A DNA stretch of 64,000 bases from an uncultured Nitrospiraceae bacterium (GCA_963705105.1 CAVPIW010000006.1:224001-288000), one strand, 5' to 3'; positions 54,109-64,000 are shown, numbered from the stretch's first letter. Translations and numbers: made by a program. The notes: generated by a model from the sequence alone, not told the origin.

Positions 54109-55215
54109 GTGGCCGATGTAGACCTGCTCAACAGGGCGATCGAGAGGTTCAATTCCGCATCGTCCACGCTGACCCAGTACTACAATATTCTCGAAGACCG
54201 CGTGAGGGTCCTGACAGGGGAGGTGGAACAGAAAAAGCAGCTCCTCAACAGCATCCTCGACAGCATCGATGTGGGCGTCATCTTTTTCGACCGTGAAGGG
54301 ACGGTCAAACTCATGAACAGGGCCGCCGGGGATCTGCTTCACGTCCGCGCGGAAGACATCACCGGGGGGGCGTCAATCTTCGCTTCCATCGAGGATGACC
54401 GCATCGTCCCTCAGCAGGGCCGGCCTTTCGAAGCCCTTATATCACGGTCTGACGTCTCCAACGGAGAGGGCGACAACGTCGGCCATGTCCTCATTTTCAA
54501 GGATATTTCGAGGCTCCGCGAGCTTGAGCGGGAGAATGAGAGGAACAGGAGGCTCTCGGCGATGGGCGAACTGGTCATGAAGATCGCGCACGAGATACGC
54601 AACCCCCTCGGCAGTATCGAGCTCTTTGCAAGCCTTCTTTCGGAGGATCTCAGGGGAACGGGGAGCGGCGCCTATGCCGACAGGATTTCCACGTCCGTCA
54701 GGTCTCTCGTCAATACCCTGGACAACATGCTCCGGTTCACAAAAGGGATAAACCCCCGCTATGAGACCTGCAGCCTGCCCGATCTTTTTTCGGATATCGG
54801 GCACGAATTCAGCGACCTCTTCAACCGGGGAAAGATCAGGTACGCCGTCTCTTGCGAGGCGCCCCTCGAGGTGAGCCTCGACAGGGGACTTATGCGGCAG
54901 GCCCTCATCAATCTCATCATAAACGCCGTCCAGGCCATGCCGGAGGGAGGCATGATCAGCGTCTCCGCCGGCAGGGATCCCGGTCATTCCTCCCGGGTCG
55001 TCCTGTCGGTCCGGGACACGGGGACCGGTATGGACAGCGAGACTGCATCGAGGATCTTCGAGCCCTTCTTCTCGACAAAGGACAGGGGAACGGGTCTCGG
55101 TATGTCTATCGCCGAGGCGGTTGTTGCCGCCCATGGCGGGACGGTCGCGGTGCGGAGCGAGGAGGGGAAGGGGACGGAATTTACCATCACCATTCCCGAC
55201 GGTTCGACATGTTAA
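54109..55215 (+). CDS. Cytoplasmic PAS histidine kinase (FleS/FlrB-like)
   Basis: FNSASSTL...Y..LE coiled coil, AHEIRNPLGSIELFA, NAVQAM, EPFFSTK.RGTGLG. Confidence 0.88.
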   Translation: MADVDLLNRAIERFNSASSTLTQYYNILEDRVRVLTGEVEQKKQLLNSILDSIDVGVIFFDREGTVKLMNRAAGDLLHVRAEDITGGASIFASIEDDRIVPQQGRPFEALISRSDVSNGEGDNVGHVLIFKDISRLRELERENERNRRLSAMGELVMKIAHEIRNPLGSIELFASLLSEDLRGTGSGAYADRISTSVRSLVNTLDNMLRFTKGINPRYETCSLPDLFSDIGHEFSDLFNRGKIRYAVSCEAPLEVSLDRGLMRQALINLIINAVQAMPEGGMISVSAGRDPGHSSRVVLSVRDTGTGMDSETASRIFEPFFSTKDRGTGLGMSIAEAVVAAHGGTVAVRSEEGKGTEFTITIPDGSTC

Positions 55216-55327
55216 TCTTAGGCATTGCAAAAGCCCCGCCTTCTCATGCAAATACAGGGTTATATGTCAAAATAGTGACACAAAGTCAGCGGGAACCCTG
55301 CAGAAAGCCTCAGGAGATAGTGTGTCC

Positions 55328-56611
55328 ATGAGTTCCGTACTCATCGTCGATGACGAAGTGGAAATGGCGATAGCCCTCAGGGAATCGGTCCTGCGGTGCG
55401 GTCTCGAACCCGTCGTCTACCACAACCCTGTCGATGCCCTCGCCGAGCTCAATCTCGCCGACTTTTCCCTCATCATCACGGATATGAAGATGCCGAAAAT
55501 GGACGGCATCTCCTTTCTCCGTGAGATAAGGAATAAGGGGCTCTTCGTTCCCGTCGTCGTCATCACCGGCTTCGGCACCGTCGAAAACGCCGTCGATGCC
55601 ATGAAACTGGGCGCCACGGACTACATCATGAAGCCTTTCTCCTTTGAAACCCTGAAGAAGGTAGTTGAGAGGATCCTCCCGTCCCAGGAGGGAGATCTCG
55701 TGGCTGTCTCTCCCGCCATGAAACACATCATGTCCGTTGCCCGTGAAGTGGCAAGGAGCGACGCGACTGTGCTGCTGTTGGGGGAAAGCGGGACGGGAAA
55801 AGAGATCATCGCGAAGTACATCCATAAGCAGAGTGAAAGGGCTGAAGGCCCCTTCGTCGCCATTAATTGCGCCGCCCTTTCGGAGAGCCTGCTCGAATCG
55901 GAGCTGTTCGGGTACGAAAAGGGCGCCTTTACAGGGGCATCGGAGCGGAGGATCGGAAAGTTCGAGCGGGCCGGCGGGGGGACGCTGCTGCTTGACGAAA
56001 TCAGCGAAATGGCCTATCCGCTGCAGGCGAAGCTGCTGAGGGCGATCCAGGAAAGAGAGGTGGACCGCATCGGCGGACGTGCCCCGGTGCCCGTCGACGT
56101 GAGGATCATCGCAACGACGAACAGGGACCTCCTTGCCGACGTCAGGCAGGGGCGGTTCAGGGAAGACCTCTATTACCGGCTGAATGTCTTTCCGATTACC
56201 TTACCTCCCCTCAGGGAGAGGAGAGAGGACATCCTGCCCCTTGCACAGTTTTTCCTGCGAAAGCTGTCTCAGAAGATGAGCAGGCTTTTCCAGATATCGG
56301 AAGAACTCACGTCCTACCTCCTCGGCAGGGCCTGGGAGGGAAATGTGCGGGAGCTCGAAAACGTCCTTTACCGGATGGCCGTCCTGACCAGATCCGATAC
56401 GCTGCTGCCGCCTGCCGGAGAGGCGTCGGCGGAAAGTTTTGCCGGGTCTGAGGCGGCAACGGGGAGCACCATGAGGGATGTGGAGCGTGACATGATCATC
56501 AAGACGCTGAAGGCGATGAAGGGAAACAGGACGAAGACGGCAGAGGTGCTCGGGGTGAGCGTCAGGACGATCAGGAACAAGATAAAGGAATACAGCATAA
56601 CGGATCTTTAA
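55328..56611 (+). CDS. Sigma54-dependent response regulator (FleR/FlrC-like)
   Basis: REC (ITDMKMP), GESGTGKE, GAFTGA, HTH LGVSVRTIRNK. Confidence 0.92.
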   Translation: MSSVLIVDDEVEMAIALRESVLRCGLEPVVYHNPVDALAELNLADFSLIITDMKMPKMDGISFLREIRNKGLFVPVVVITGFGTVENAVDAMKLGATDYIMKPFSFETLKKVVERILPSQEGDLVAVSPAMKHIMSVAREVARSDATVLLLGESGTGKEIIAKYIHKQSERAEGPFVAINCAALSESLLESELFGYEKGAFTGASERRIGKFERAGGGTLLLDEISEMAYPLQAKLLRAIQEREVDRIGGRAPVPVDVRIIATTNRDLLADVRQGRFREDLYYRLNVFPITLPPLRERREDILPLAQFFLRKLSQKMSRLFQISEELTSYLLGRAWEGNVRELENVLYRMAVLTRSDTLLPPAGEASAESFAGSEAATGSTMRDVERDMIIKTLKAMKGNRTKTAEVLGVSVRTIRNKIKEYSITDL

Positions 56612-56646
56612 GGGCGAGAAGTGCTTCAGATATAGCACTGTTTCGC

Positions 56647-56816
56647 CGGGAAGGCAGATATGGTTCAAAGCCTTTCCAATGCGATGATGAGACATGTTAA
56701 GCTGTTCAGTGCCCGTTGCCTGACGGACTTTTGGTATCAATCGACACGGCAAAGGGTGGTCTGGCGATGAATAAGGTATCTTAGCGGAAAGGCTTTTCAC
56801 CACATCAGCCTTCCCG
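56647..56816 (+). mobile_element. MITE-like family B, full 170-bp copy
   Basis: 31-bp terminal inverted repeat with 4 mismatches; colinear with 18189-18358. Confidence 0.8.
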
Positions 56817-56837
56817 TCCGGGTATCGTGTGATGACT

Positions 56838-56853
56838 GGGAACAGAAATTGCA
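56838..56853 (+). promoter_or_regulatory. Sigma54 promoter of the flgB operon
   Basis: GGGAAC-AGAAA-TTGCA (GG-N10-GC). Confidence 0.65.
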
Positions 56854-56896
56854 TAAAATTGCTCATGTGTCAACGATGCCGATGCAGGAGGTCAGT

Positions 56897-57232
56897 GTGA
56901 ACAACAGCATGTCAATTCTTGAGAGTATGCTCAACATTACGGCATTCCGGCGGAAGGTGCTCTCCTCGAACATCGCAAATGCCGACACGCCGGGATACAG
57001 GGCAAAAGATATATCGTTCCAGGGGGAGCTCGACCGGGCGCTGAAGAGCGGAAGGCCCTCCTTCGATATCTTTGAGACGCCGTCGACGATGCAGAACAGG
57101 GACGGCAACACGGTGAATCTCGACATCGAAATGACGAAAGTCGCTGAAAACAGCCTTATTTTCAACACGGCTACGCAGATCATGGCGACGAAGATCAGGA
57201 TGTACAAAGATGCCCTGAGAGGAGGGAGATGA
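56897..57232 (+). CDS. flgB: Flagellar basal-body rod protein FlgB
   Basis: SNIANADTPGYRAKD, DGNTVNLDIEM; AGGAGG RBS before GTG. Confidence 0.95.
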   Translation: MNNSMSILESMLNITAFRRKVLSSNIANADTPGYRAKDISFQGELDRALKSGRPSFDIFETPSTMQNRDGNTVNLDIEMTKVAENSLIFNTATQIMATKIRMYKDALRGGR

Positions 57233-57639
57233 TGCGCGAGATGTTTCTTCCACTCAGGGTAAGCGCCTCGGCACTTGAGGCGCAAAAGATCCGCATGAAC
57301 GTCATCGCGTCGAACATCGCCAACGTCAATTCGACGCGCACCCCCGAGGGCGGGGCATACAGAAGGAAGGACGTCACTTTCCAGTCCTACTTTTTTACTG
57401 ATCACGCCGTCGGCGTCGACGTCCCGAAAATCGTCGAAGATACGCGGCCTCTCAAGGCGGTTTATGACCCGTCCCATCCGGATGCCGACGCCACGGGATA
57501 CGTGAATTATCCGAATATCACGGTGATCGAAGAGATGGTCAATCTTTTGACGGCCTCACGGGCCTATGAGGCGAACCTCACCATGATCAACACATACAAG
57601 GAAGGGTACATGAAAACCCTTGACCTTCTGAAGGTGTGA
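57229..57639 (+). CDS. flgC: Flagellar basal-body rod protein FlgC
   Basis: SNIANVNSTRT..YRRK, YDPSHPDA, SRAYEAN. Confidence 0.96.
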   Translation: MMREMFLPLRVSASALEAQKIRMNVIASNIANVNSTRTPEGGAYRRKDVTFQSYFFTDHAVGVDVPKIVEDTRPLKAVYDPSHPDADATGYVNYPNITVIEEMVNLLTASRAYEANLTMINTYKEGYMKTLDLLKV

Positions 57640-57713
57640 AGGCACGGAGATGGCAACAGCGGGGAAACAGATGAGCAAGTCGGCCTGCGGGAACGCAGGG
57701 ATGGAGGTGTTTC

Positions 57714-58007
57714 ATGGCTGACATCAAGGGGATCGGAGACATATCGAGGGTCGTACCCGAACCGTCGAAGACCGTCCAGAAGGGCGGAGCGTCCTTCGAG
57801 GAGGCGATGCAGAACGCGATACAGGAAGTCTCGGCTATACAGAATGAAGCGGAGAAGGCGATCGAGGATTTCGCGAAGGGCGAGATCAACGATATTCATA
57901 CCGTTGTGCTTGCAATGGAGAAGGCGGACATCTCCCTCCAGACGCTGCTGCAGGTGAGAAACAAGCTGCTCACCGCCTATGAAGAGATCACGCGCATGCA
58001 GGTCTGA
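57714..58007 (+). CDS. fliE: Flagellar hook-basal body protein FliE
   Basis: DIHTVVLAMEKA..QVRNKLLTAYEEITRMQV. Confidence 0.96.
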   Translation: MADIKGIGDISRVVPEPSKTVQKGGASFEEAMQNAIQEVSAIQNEAEKAIEDFAKGEINDIHTVVLAMEKADISLQTLLQVRNKLLTAYEEITRMQV

Positions 58008-58038
58008 CAGGGCACATAGGACCGGGAGATAGGGAACA

Positions 58039-59550
58039 GTGGCCATCAGGGACGTCATCGATCAGATCAGGGGCTGGCCAAGGGGGAAAAAACTCGCTCT
58101 GGCTGTCGTCATTTTATTGACGGCAGGCCTGATGACCGGCATCCTCCTCTGGAGTCAGAGGGTGGATTACCAGGTGCTTTACAGCAATCTGAGTCAGGAT
58201 GACGCAGGCCAGGTCGTCATCAAGCTGAAAGAACTGAAAATCCCCTACCGTGTCGAACGAAACGTCATCTATGTGCCCGCTGCAAGGGTCTACGAACTGA
58301 GACTCGAACTGGCTTCCCAGGGCATTCCCCAGGGCGGAGGCGTCGGTTTCGAGCTCTTCGACAAGACTCAGATCGGCGTGACCGAGTTCGTCCAGCGGCT
58401 GAATTATGTCAGGGCCCTGCAGGGCGAACTGTCGAGGACGATCCGCCAGCTCTCGGAAGTAGACCAGTGCAGGGTGCATATCGCCATCCCCGAAAAAACT
58501 ATCTTTACGGAAAAAGAGGAGAAGCCCACTGCGTCGGTGGTGCTGAAGCTGAAGTCCGGAAGAGTGCTCAGCCAGGGCCAGGTGGGGGGCATCGTCCACC
58601 TCGTCGCGAGCAGTGTCGAGGGTCTGCCGGCACGGAACGTCAGCGTGATCGACAACATGGGCAATCTCCTGTCGAAGCCGTCGGATCATGAAATGATCGC
58701 CGATGCGAGGCACCTCGAATACCAGAAGGCCGTCGACAGGGAATACGAGACGAGGCTCCAGAGCATGCTGGAAGGCATTGTCGGCAAGGGGAAGGCGATC
58801 GTGCGGGTGTCGACGAAGATCGATTTCACGCAGGTCGAAAGGACGGAGGAGCGCTTCGATCCTGACACCATTGCCGTCAAGAGCGAACAGCGGACCCAGG
58901 AAAAATCGGTTGGCTCAGCAACGGGCGGTGTTCCCGGCGCCCTTTCGAACCAGCCGGGTCAGACACCGGCGCCCGCTGCGGGCCAGTCCGGCTCCGGGCA
59001 GAAAAACAGCGAAAACATCAGCTACGAAATCTCGCGGAGTGTCAGCAAGATCATCCAGCCGAGAGGTGACGTGAAGGCCCTTTCCGTGGCGGTGCTCGTC
59101 GACGGCACATACAAGCAGGAGAAAGAGAAAAGGGTCTATGTCGCCAGGACCCAGGAGGACGTCAAGAAGTACGAGGAAATTGTCAAGGCGGCCATAGGGT
59201 TCAACAAGGACCGGGGTGACTCGGTGATCATCGAGAATGTCGCCTTTGAGTCTGCACTGGACGAATTCCCTCCTGAAAAAACCGATTACGTCGCACTGCT
59301 TCTCACAGTGCTCAAATACGCCGTACCGCTCATCGCCGCTGCCCTCCTCATTCTGTTCGTCATCAAGCCACTGCTCCGGACACTCAAAGTCCCGCCCCGG
59401 GCGCCAGCCCCCGAGCCCGCCAGGGTCCCGGCGGAGAAGCTTGAAGTCAAGCCGGCGCAGGAAGAGATCGTGAAGACCCAGGTCCTCGACTTCGTCACCA
59501 GGGATCCCCGGCAGACGGCCATGATCCTCAAGGAATGGCTCGCAGAGTAG
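58039..59550 (+). CDS. fliF: Flagellar MS-ring protein FliF
   Basis: GVGFELFD, ALQGELSRTI, RVHIAIP, GVPGALSN, LSVAVLVDG. Confidence 0.96.
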   Translation: MAIRDVIDQIRGWPRGKKLALAVVILLTAGLMTGILLWSQRVDYQVLYSNLSQDDAGQVVIKLKELKIPYRVERNVIYVPAARVYELRLELASQGIPQGGGVGFELFDKTQIGVTEFVQRLNYVRALQGELSRTIRQLSEVDQCRVHIAIPEKTIFTEKEEKPTASVVLKLKSGRVLSQGQVGGIVHLVASSVEGLPARNVSVIDNMGNLLSKPSDHEMIADARHLEYQKAVDREYETRLQSMLEGIVGKGKAIVRVSTKIDFTQVERTEERFDPDTIAVKSEQRTQEKSVGSATGGVPGALSNQPGQTPAPAAGQSGSGQKNSENISYEISRSVSKIIQPRGDVKALSVAVLVDGTYKQEKEKRVYVARTQEDVKKYEEIVKAAIGFNKDRGDSVIIENVAFESALDEFPPEKTDYVALLLTVLKYAVPLIAAALLILFVIKPLLRTLKVPPRAPAPEPARVPAEKLEVKPAQEEIVKTQVLDFVTRDPRQTAMILKEWLAE

Positions 59551-59554
59551 CGGG

Positions 59555-60532
59555 ATGAGAAAGCTGACGGGTCTCGAAAAGGTTGCCGCCTTCCTCTCCA
59601 TCATCGGGGAGGAGGCTGCAACGAACGTTTTCAAACACCTCGATCCGCTCGAGCTCGCCCGCGTCATCCCCATGATGGCGAGAGTGAAAATCACGACCGA
59701 TTCAGCGGAAGGCGTCATCAGGGATTTCTACGAAAAGACGGAGCATGCGATGGTCGGTGTCGACGAGGAGTATATCAAATCAGTCCTGACGAAAGCCTTC
59801 GGCGATGAGCAGGCCGGCAAGCTGATCGAGAAGATCGCGAGCGGAGCCAGCGCTTTTGACATCATCAGATGGCTCGACGCCGGATCCATCGCTACCATGC
59901 TCCTCAAAGAGCATCCTCAGACCATTGCCATCGTTCTCGCCCACCTGGAAGCGATACAGGCTGCCGAGGTGCTGGCGAAGCTTCCCGAAAGCCTCAAAAT
60001 CGAAGTCTCCCTCAGGATCGCCAGTCTCGACCAGATTTCCCCCGTCATCATCGGCGAGCTCGAAGACGTGCTGCATTCCCAGCTCCAGAGTTACACACGG
60101 GGACGGAAGATCGGCGGGATCAGCACGGTGGCGGAGATCCTGAACCACCTTGACCGGTCATCGGAGGACCTCATTCTCAGGAATATCGAAGAGCAGGACC
60201 AGATCCTCGCCGACGAGATCAGGAAGCTCATGTTCACCTTCGACGACCTCATAACCGTTGACGACAGGGGAATCCAGATGATCCTCAAGGAGATCACGAC
60301 TGACGACCTTGCCCTGTCCCTGAAGATGGCCGTCGATGAGCTGAGGGACAAGATATTCCGGAACATGTCACAGAGGGCCGTCCAGATTCTCAAGGAGGAG
60401 ATCGAGGCAAAAGGCGCCGTGAGGGTCTCTGATGTCGAGAGGGCACAGATGAACATCGTCAAGGTCGCCAAGAAGCTCGAAGAAGAGGGCAAGATAATCG
60501 CAGGTGGAAAAGGTGAAGAGGTCATCACCTGA
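59555..60532 (+). CDS. fliG: Flagellar motor switch protein FliG
   Basis: EHPQTIA, MFTFDDL, NMSQRA. Confidence 0.96.
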   Translation: MRKLTGLEKVAAFLSIIGEEAATNVFKHLDPLELARVIPMMARVKITTDSAEGVIRDFYEKTEHAMVGVDEEYIKSVLTKAFGDEQAGKLIEKIASGASAFDIIRWLDAGSIATMLLKEHPQTIAIVLAHLEAIQAAEVLAKLPESLKIEVSLRIASLDQISPVIIGELEDVLHSQLQSYTRGRKIGGISTVAEILNHLDRSSEDLILRNIEEQDQILADEIRKLMFTFDDLITVDDRGIQMILKEITTDDLALSLKMAVDELRDKIFRNMSQRAVQILKEEIEAKGAVRVSDVERAQMNIVKVAKKLEEEGKIIAGGKGEEVIT

Positions 60533-61169
60533 CAGTCATCATATCGTTCGTCCCTATGAACCCCTCCGCTTTGCCGACGATCCGGATGTCCTTCCGGAGC
60601 AGGGTGATCAGGCGGGGAAGGCTCCCGAATCGTCGCCCGGTCTCGAGGAGCGGGTCTCTGCCGCCGAGCAGGAGGGGTACGAAAAGGGCTTCAGCCAGGG
60701 ATTCGAGCAGGGTATAAGAAAGGCAGAGGAAGAGGGGAAGGAATTCCTGGGTCGGATGGAGGGCATTCTCCGCGAACTGGAGTCCTTCAGGGAGACAAAG
60801 ACCAGGGAGTTGCTCCCCGACATCGTGGATCTTGCCCTGCAGGTTGCCTCAGGGGTGATCCACAGGGAGATCGACCAGGACCGGAACATCGTCCTCAACA
60901 CGGCACAGGAGGCATTGAAGAAACTGGGAGACAACGAGGATTCGATCGTCATCCGGCTTAATCCTGTCGATTATGATGTCATGATCTCCAACATGGATTT
61001 TCTCAAGGAGATGTCGGGAGCGAAGACGATAACCATCGAGCCCGTCAATGCCATCTCTCCGGGCGGGTGTTATATCGAGACCCCGACGGGGGAGATCGAT
61101 GCACGGATCGGAGAGCAGATGAAAGAAATGGAAGATGCCCTACGGACAGCAGCTGATAGCGAAGTTTAA
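60504..61169 (+). CDS. fliH: Flagellar assembly protein FliH
   Basis: GxxxG repeats, IRLNP.D, GGCYIET..GEIDA. Confidence 0.9.
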   Translation: MEKVKRSSPDSHHIVRPYEPLRFADDPDVLPEQGDQAGKAPESSPGLEERVSAAEQEGYEKGFSQGFEQGIRKAEEEGKEFLGRMEGILRELESFRETKTRELLPDIVDLALQVASGVIHREIDQDRNIVLNTAQEALKKLGDNEDSIVIRLNPVDYDVMISNMDFLKEMSGAKTITIEPVNAISPGGCYIETPTGEIDARIGEQMKEMEDALRTAADSEV

Positions 61170-62469
61170 AGAGATCGCCGGCGACGTCGATCCCATCAAG
61201 GTGTATGGCAGGGTCAGCAGGGGGGTGGGCCTGGTCATCGAAGGACTGGGACCCCGGGCGAACATAGGCGACGTCTGCCAGATCAGGCCCGAAGGCATGC
61301 ATGACGGACCGGCCGTCGAGGCCGAGGTCATCGGATTCAAGGAGGACAAGATCCTTCTCATGCCCCTCGGTGACACCATGGGCATCGGTCCCGGATCACG
61401 GATCACATCCAAGGGGCGCCAGAGATATGTGCGTGTCGGCCGTGACCTGCTCGGGCGGGTCCTTGACGGGATGGGGAATCCCATTGACAGCAGGGGTCTC
61501 ATCGCAGGACAGCTCTTCCCGATCTATAACGACCCCATCAATCCCCTTGACAGGAGACGGATCGCCGCTCCCCTGGACCTCGGCATCAGGGCCATCAACT
61601 CCCTGCTGACCTGCGGCAAGGGGCAGAGGGTCGGCATCATGGCCGGCAGCGGTGTCGGCAAGAGCGTTCTCCTCGGCATGATGGCCCGCAATACCTCGGC
61701 CGATGTGAATGTCATCGCCCTGATCGGGGAGCGGGGCAGGGAGGTCCGCGAGTTCATCGAAAAGGACCTCGGTGAGGAGGGATTGAAGCGCTCGGTTCTC
61801 GTCGTTGCGACGTCCGACACCTCACCTCTCACAAGAATCAGGGGGGCCTTCGTCGCGACGGCGATCGCCGAATACTTCCGCTCCAGGGGGCGGGACGTCC
61901 TGTTCATGATGGACTCCCTCACGCGTTTTGCCATGGCGCAGAGGGAAATCGGCCTGACCGCCGGAGAGCCTCCGACGACAAAGGGATATCCGCCGTCGGT
62001 TTTCAACCTTCTTCCCAAGCTTCTCGAGCGCACGGGGACCTGTGATGGGGAAGGAACGATCACGGGGCTTTACACGGTCCTTGTCGAGGGGGACGACATG
62101 AACGAGCCTATCGCCGATGCGGCCCGATCGATCCTCGACGGCCATATCGTGCTCTCGCGGGACCTGGCGAACCACAATCATTATCCGGCCATCGACATCC
62201 TTCTGAGCATCAGCAGGCTCATGAAGGACATCATCGGACAAACGCAAAGGTCCTGCGCCGAGAAGGTCCTCGATGCGATGGCCGTCTACAAGCGATATGA
62301 GGATGCAGTGACCATCGGCGCCTATAAGGAGGGGACGAACCCCAGGCTGGACCATGCGATACGGATGATGGAACGGATCCGTCCTTTTCTGAGGCAGGAG
62401 ATCCATGAAAAAGTGACCATCGAAGAGGGGCTTCAGCAGCTCATCTCGCTCTGTGAGGGTGGGGCATGA
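61135..62469 (+). CDS. fliI: Flagellar export ATPase FliI
   Basis: AGSGVGKS, IGERGREV, DSLTRFAMAQRE, LDGHIVLSR. Confidence 0.97.
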   Translation: MPYGQQLIAKFKEIAGDVDPIKVYGRVSRGVGLVIEGLGPRANIGDVCQIRPEGMHDGPAVEAEVIGFKEDKILLMPLGDTMGIGPGSRITSKGRQRYVRVGRDLLGRVLDGMGNPIDSRGLIAGQLFPIYNDPINPLDRRRIAAPLDLGIRAINSLLTCGKGQRVGIMAGSGVGKSVLLGMMARNTSADVNVIALIGERGREVREFIEKDLGEEGLKRSVLVVATSDTSPLTRIRGAFVATAIAEYFRSRGRDVLFMMDSLTRFAMAQREIGLTAGEPPTTKGYPPSVFNLLPKLLERTGTCDGEGTITGLYTVLVEGDDMNEPIADAARSILDGHIVLSRDLANHNHYPAIDILLSISRLMKDIIGQTQRSCAEKVLDAMAVYKRYEDAVTIGAYKEGTNPRLDHAIRMMERIRPFLRQEIHEKVTIEEGLQQLISLCEGGA

Positions 62470-62903
62470 GGACGACCTTCGAGAGCCTCCTGAATCTTAA
62501 GCGGTGGAACGAAGATGAGGCAAAAAACCGCGTTGCCCTCCGCATCAGGGAACTCACGGCTGAAGAGCACCGGCTTGTCCATATCGAAAAACAGTACCAG
62601 GCCTACCAGCAGAAGGCAGGGGTCCTCCTTGACGGCTTCATCGATATCGACGAGATGAGAAAGGTCCACGATCATCTCGACCATCTCGTTGTCAGGATTC
62701 GCCAGCAGAAGTCGGTCATCGAAGACAGGAAGCGCCGCCTTGAGGAGGCGAGAAAATCCCTTCTCGAAGCCTCGAAGGAGCGGAAGATTTTCGAACGCCT
62801 CGATGAAAAGGAACGCCTGGCCATGGAGAGGGGGCTCCTGAAGGACGAACAGAGGAGGACCGACGAGTATGTCGTCTCGGGGTACAAACGAAACCGGACC
62901 TGA
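62466..62903 (+). CDS. fliJ: Flagellar export protein FliJ
   Basis: 145-aa coiled coil after fliI; EQRRTDE. Confidence 0.85.
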   Translation: MRTTFESLLNLKRWNEDEAKNRVALRIRELTAEEHRLVHIEKQYQAYQQKAGVLLDGFIDIDEMRKVHDHLDHLVVRIRQQKSVIEDRKRRLEEARKSLLEASKERKIFERLDEKERLAMERGLLKDEQRRTDEYVVSGYKRNRT

Positions 62904-62949
62904 CAGGACTCCACCACCTGGGATCCCGGACGGTGGACACCCGTGCAGG

Positions 62950-63444
62950 ATGGCCCGCCCCTCGCATTCCTTCAGATGGGCCTTCCCCGCTGCAGCGGCG
63001 CTCGTCGTGACTGCCGTCTGCCTGCTGCTCCTGCCGGCAGCTCTGATTCATGCCCAGCAGCCGAAACCGCAGGCGGAAACGGCTGTTCCGCAGCAGAAGT
63101 CTCTTGACGAGGAGAGGCTCCAGATCATCAGGGGCGACGTCCAGCAACAGCTCGAAGCGAACAGGAAGCTGAAACGGGAACTCGAAGAGGAGCGGAAGGC
63201 CCTGGAGGGAAAGGGTCAGGAGCAGGTGGCAAAGGTCGCAAAAATGTACGAGTCGATGCAGCCCGATGAGGCGGCACAGAAACTTGAAAAGATGGACGAG
63301 GAGACGGCGGTGATCATCCTCAATGCCGTCAAGCCGAAGGCGGCAGGAAAGATCCTCGCACAGATGAGCAACGACCGCGGCGCATCCCTCTCGAAGCGGA
63401 TGATCAAACGAGCAAGAGTCGCAGCGGAAAAACCTTCCCAGTAG
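62950..63444 (+). CDS. MotE/MgtE_N-domain flagellar protein
   Basis: TM + coiled coil + KMYESMQPDEAA..L..M...AGKILAQM; position after fliJ. Confidence 0.82.
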   Translation: MARPSHSFRWAFPAAAALVVTAVCLLLLPAALIHAQQPKPQAETAVPQQKSLDEERLQIIRGDVQQQLEANRKLKRELEEERKALEGKGQEQVAKVAKMYESMQPDEAAQKLEKMDEETAVIILNAVKPKAAGKILAQMSNDRGASLSKRMIKRARVAAEKPSQ

Positions 63445-63636
63445 GAAAAAAGTTCCCCTCCCGTCCCCCCTATTCCTCCTTTTCCCGCCGATTCCTGGCT
63501 GCCGACTGCCGATTTTCGTCATGTTCGGCTATTGCTTCGGCTATCGACGCCGTGATTTATTACTTCATAAAACAGGTCCTATCATCGTTATCAAGGTCTG
63601 TGCACGATTTGGGACAGGCATGAAAAATAAGAAAAC

Positions 63637-63677
63637 CTCCTTTCACTGACACTCGCACTGACACTCACACTCTCACC
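63637..63677 (-). repeat. Hexamer tandem array ending AGTGAAAGGAG (reverse)
   Basis: CTCCTTTCACTGACACTCGCACTGACACTCACACTCTCACC. Confidence 0.85.
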
Positions 63678-63692
63678 GTCTTTTCATCAACA

Positions 63693-63708
63693 TGGCACAC
63701 CGCTTGCT
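63693..63708 (+). promoter_or_regulatory. Sigma54 promoter
   Basis: TGGCAC-ACCGC-TTGCT, consensus -24/-12. Confidence 0.85.
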
Positions 63709-63737
63709 CTCTTTTCCGGACGGAAGGAGACAATGCA

Positions 63738-64000
63738 ATGACATCGAATAGTCCACTCGTTACGGCAACCACGACACATCAGCTTCAAGGCATGAGCGGC
63801 GGAGCCCGGGGTCAGACTCTTTCTGCCGGCGGCATTACGGAGAAAGAGATGCCTTTTCAGAGGTATCTCTCTGCATCAGAAAACAACGGAACCCCCTGCG
63901 AGCAGTGTCAGACGGTCATCCCGGGGACGGCCGAGGGGAGCGTCTTCCCGTTGCAGCTCTTCAGGGAAGCACTGGATCGGGAGGAAGATCAGGCAGAGGA
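63738..64000 (+). CDS. 5' part of a gene running off the window, probably hook-length control protein FliK
   Basis: AAGGAG RBS, frame open to the window end, low complexity; identity rests on synteny only. Confidence 0.5.
   Translation, partial: MTSNSPLVTATTTHQLQGMSGGARGQTLSAGGITEKEMPFQRYLSASENNGTPCEQCQTVIPGTAEGSVFPLQLFREALDREEDQAE

Overview
GC-rich bacterial chromosome segment. Gene content suggests an anaerobic, motile diderm (Nitrospirota/Thermodesulfovibrionia-like or deltaproteobacterial; this is an inference). In order: tilS-degP; a TolC/YbhG/YbhF/YbhS/YbhR-type ABC export operon; flavodoxin; a group 3b (sulfhydrogenase-type) NiFe hydrogenase operon; a lone integron-type gene cassette (toxin-antitoxin pair plus a canonical 58-bp attC, no integrase in the window); a Ni-type ECF uptake operon with three predicted His-1 exported proteins, preceded by a promoter-proximal attenuator-like leader; panC, an ORF-track-missed CTG-start DUF488 gene and glgC; fabG-acpP-fabF-rnc-MFS; iorB-(paaK-ACT)x2 facing yceD-rpmF-iorA; a 14-kb signalling island (four transporter-less PhnD-like binding proteins, an orphan TolC, two hybrid kinases, a REC-PAS-GGDEF-EAL protein) directly upstream of FleQ/FleS/FleR-like regulators and flgBC-fliEFGHIJ-motE-fliK. 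The intergenic DNA is heavily colonised by non-autonomous repeats: MITE family A (five full copies, each with a 4-bp target duplication and interchangeable internal cargo), a 170-bp family B, GTAG-type REP hairpins and 6/7/8-mer tandem arrays. No rRNA, tRNA, CRISPR or transposase was recognised. All assignments are by eye, without database searches.
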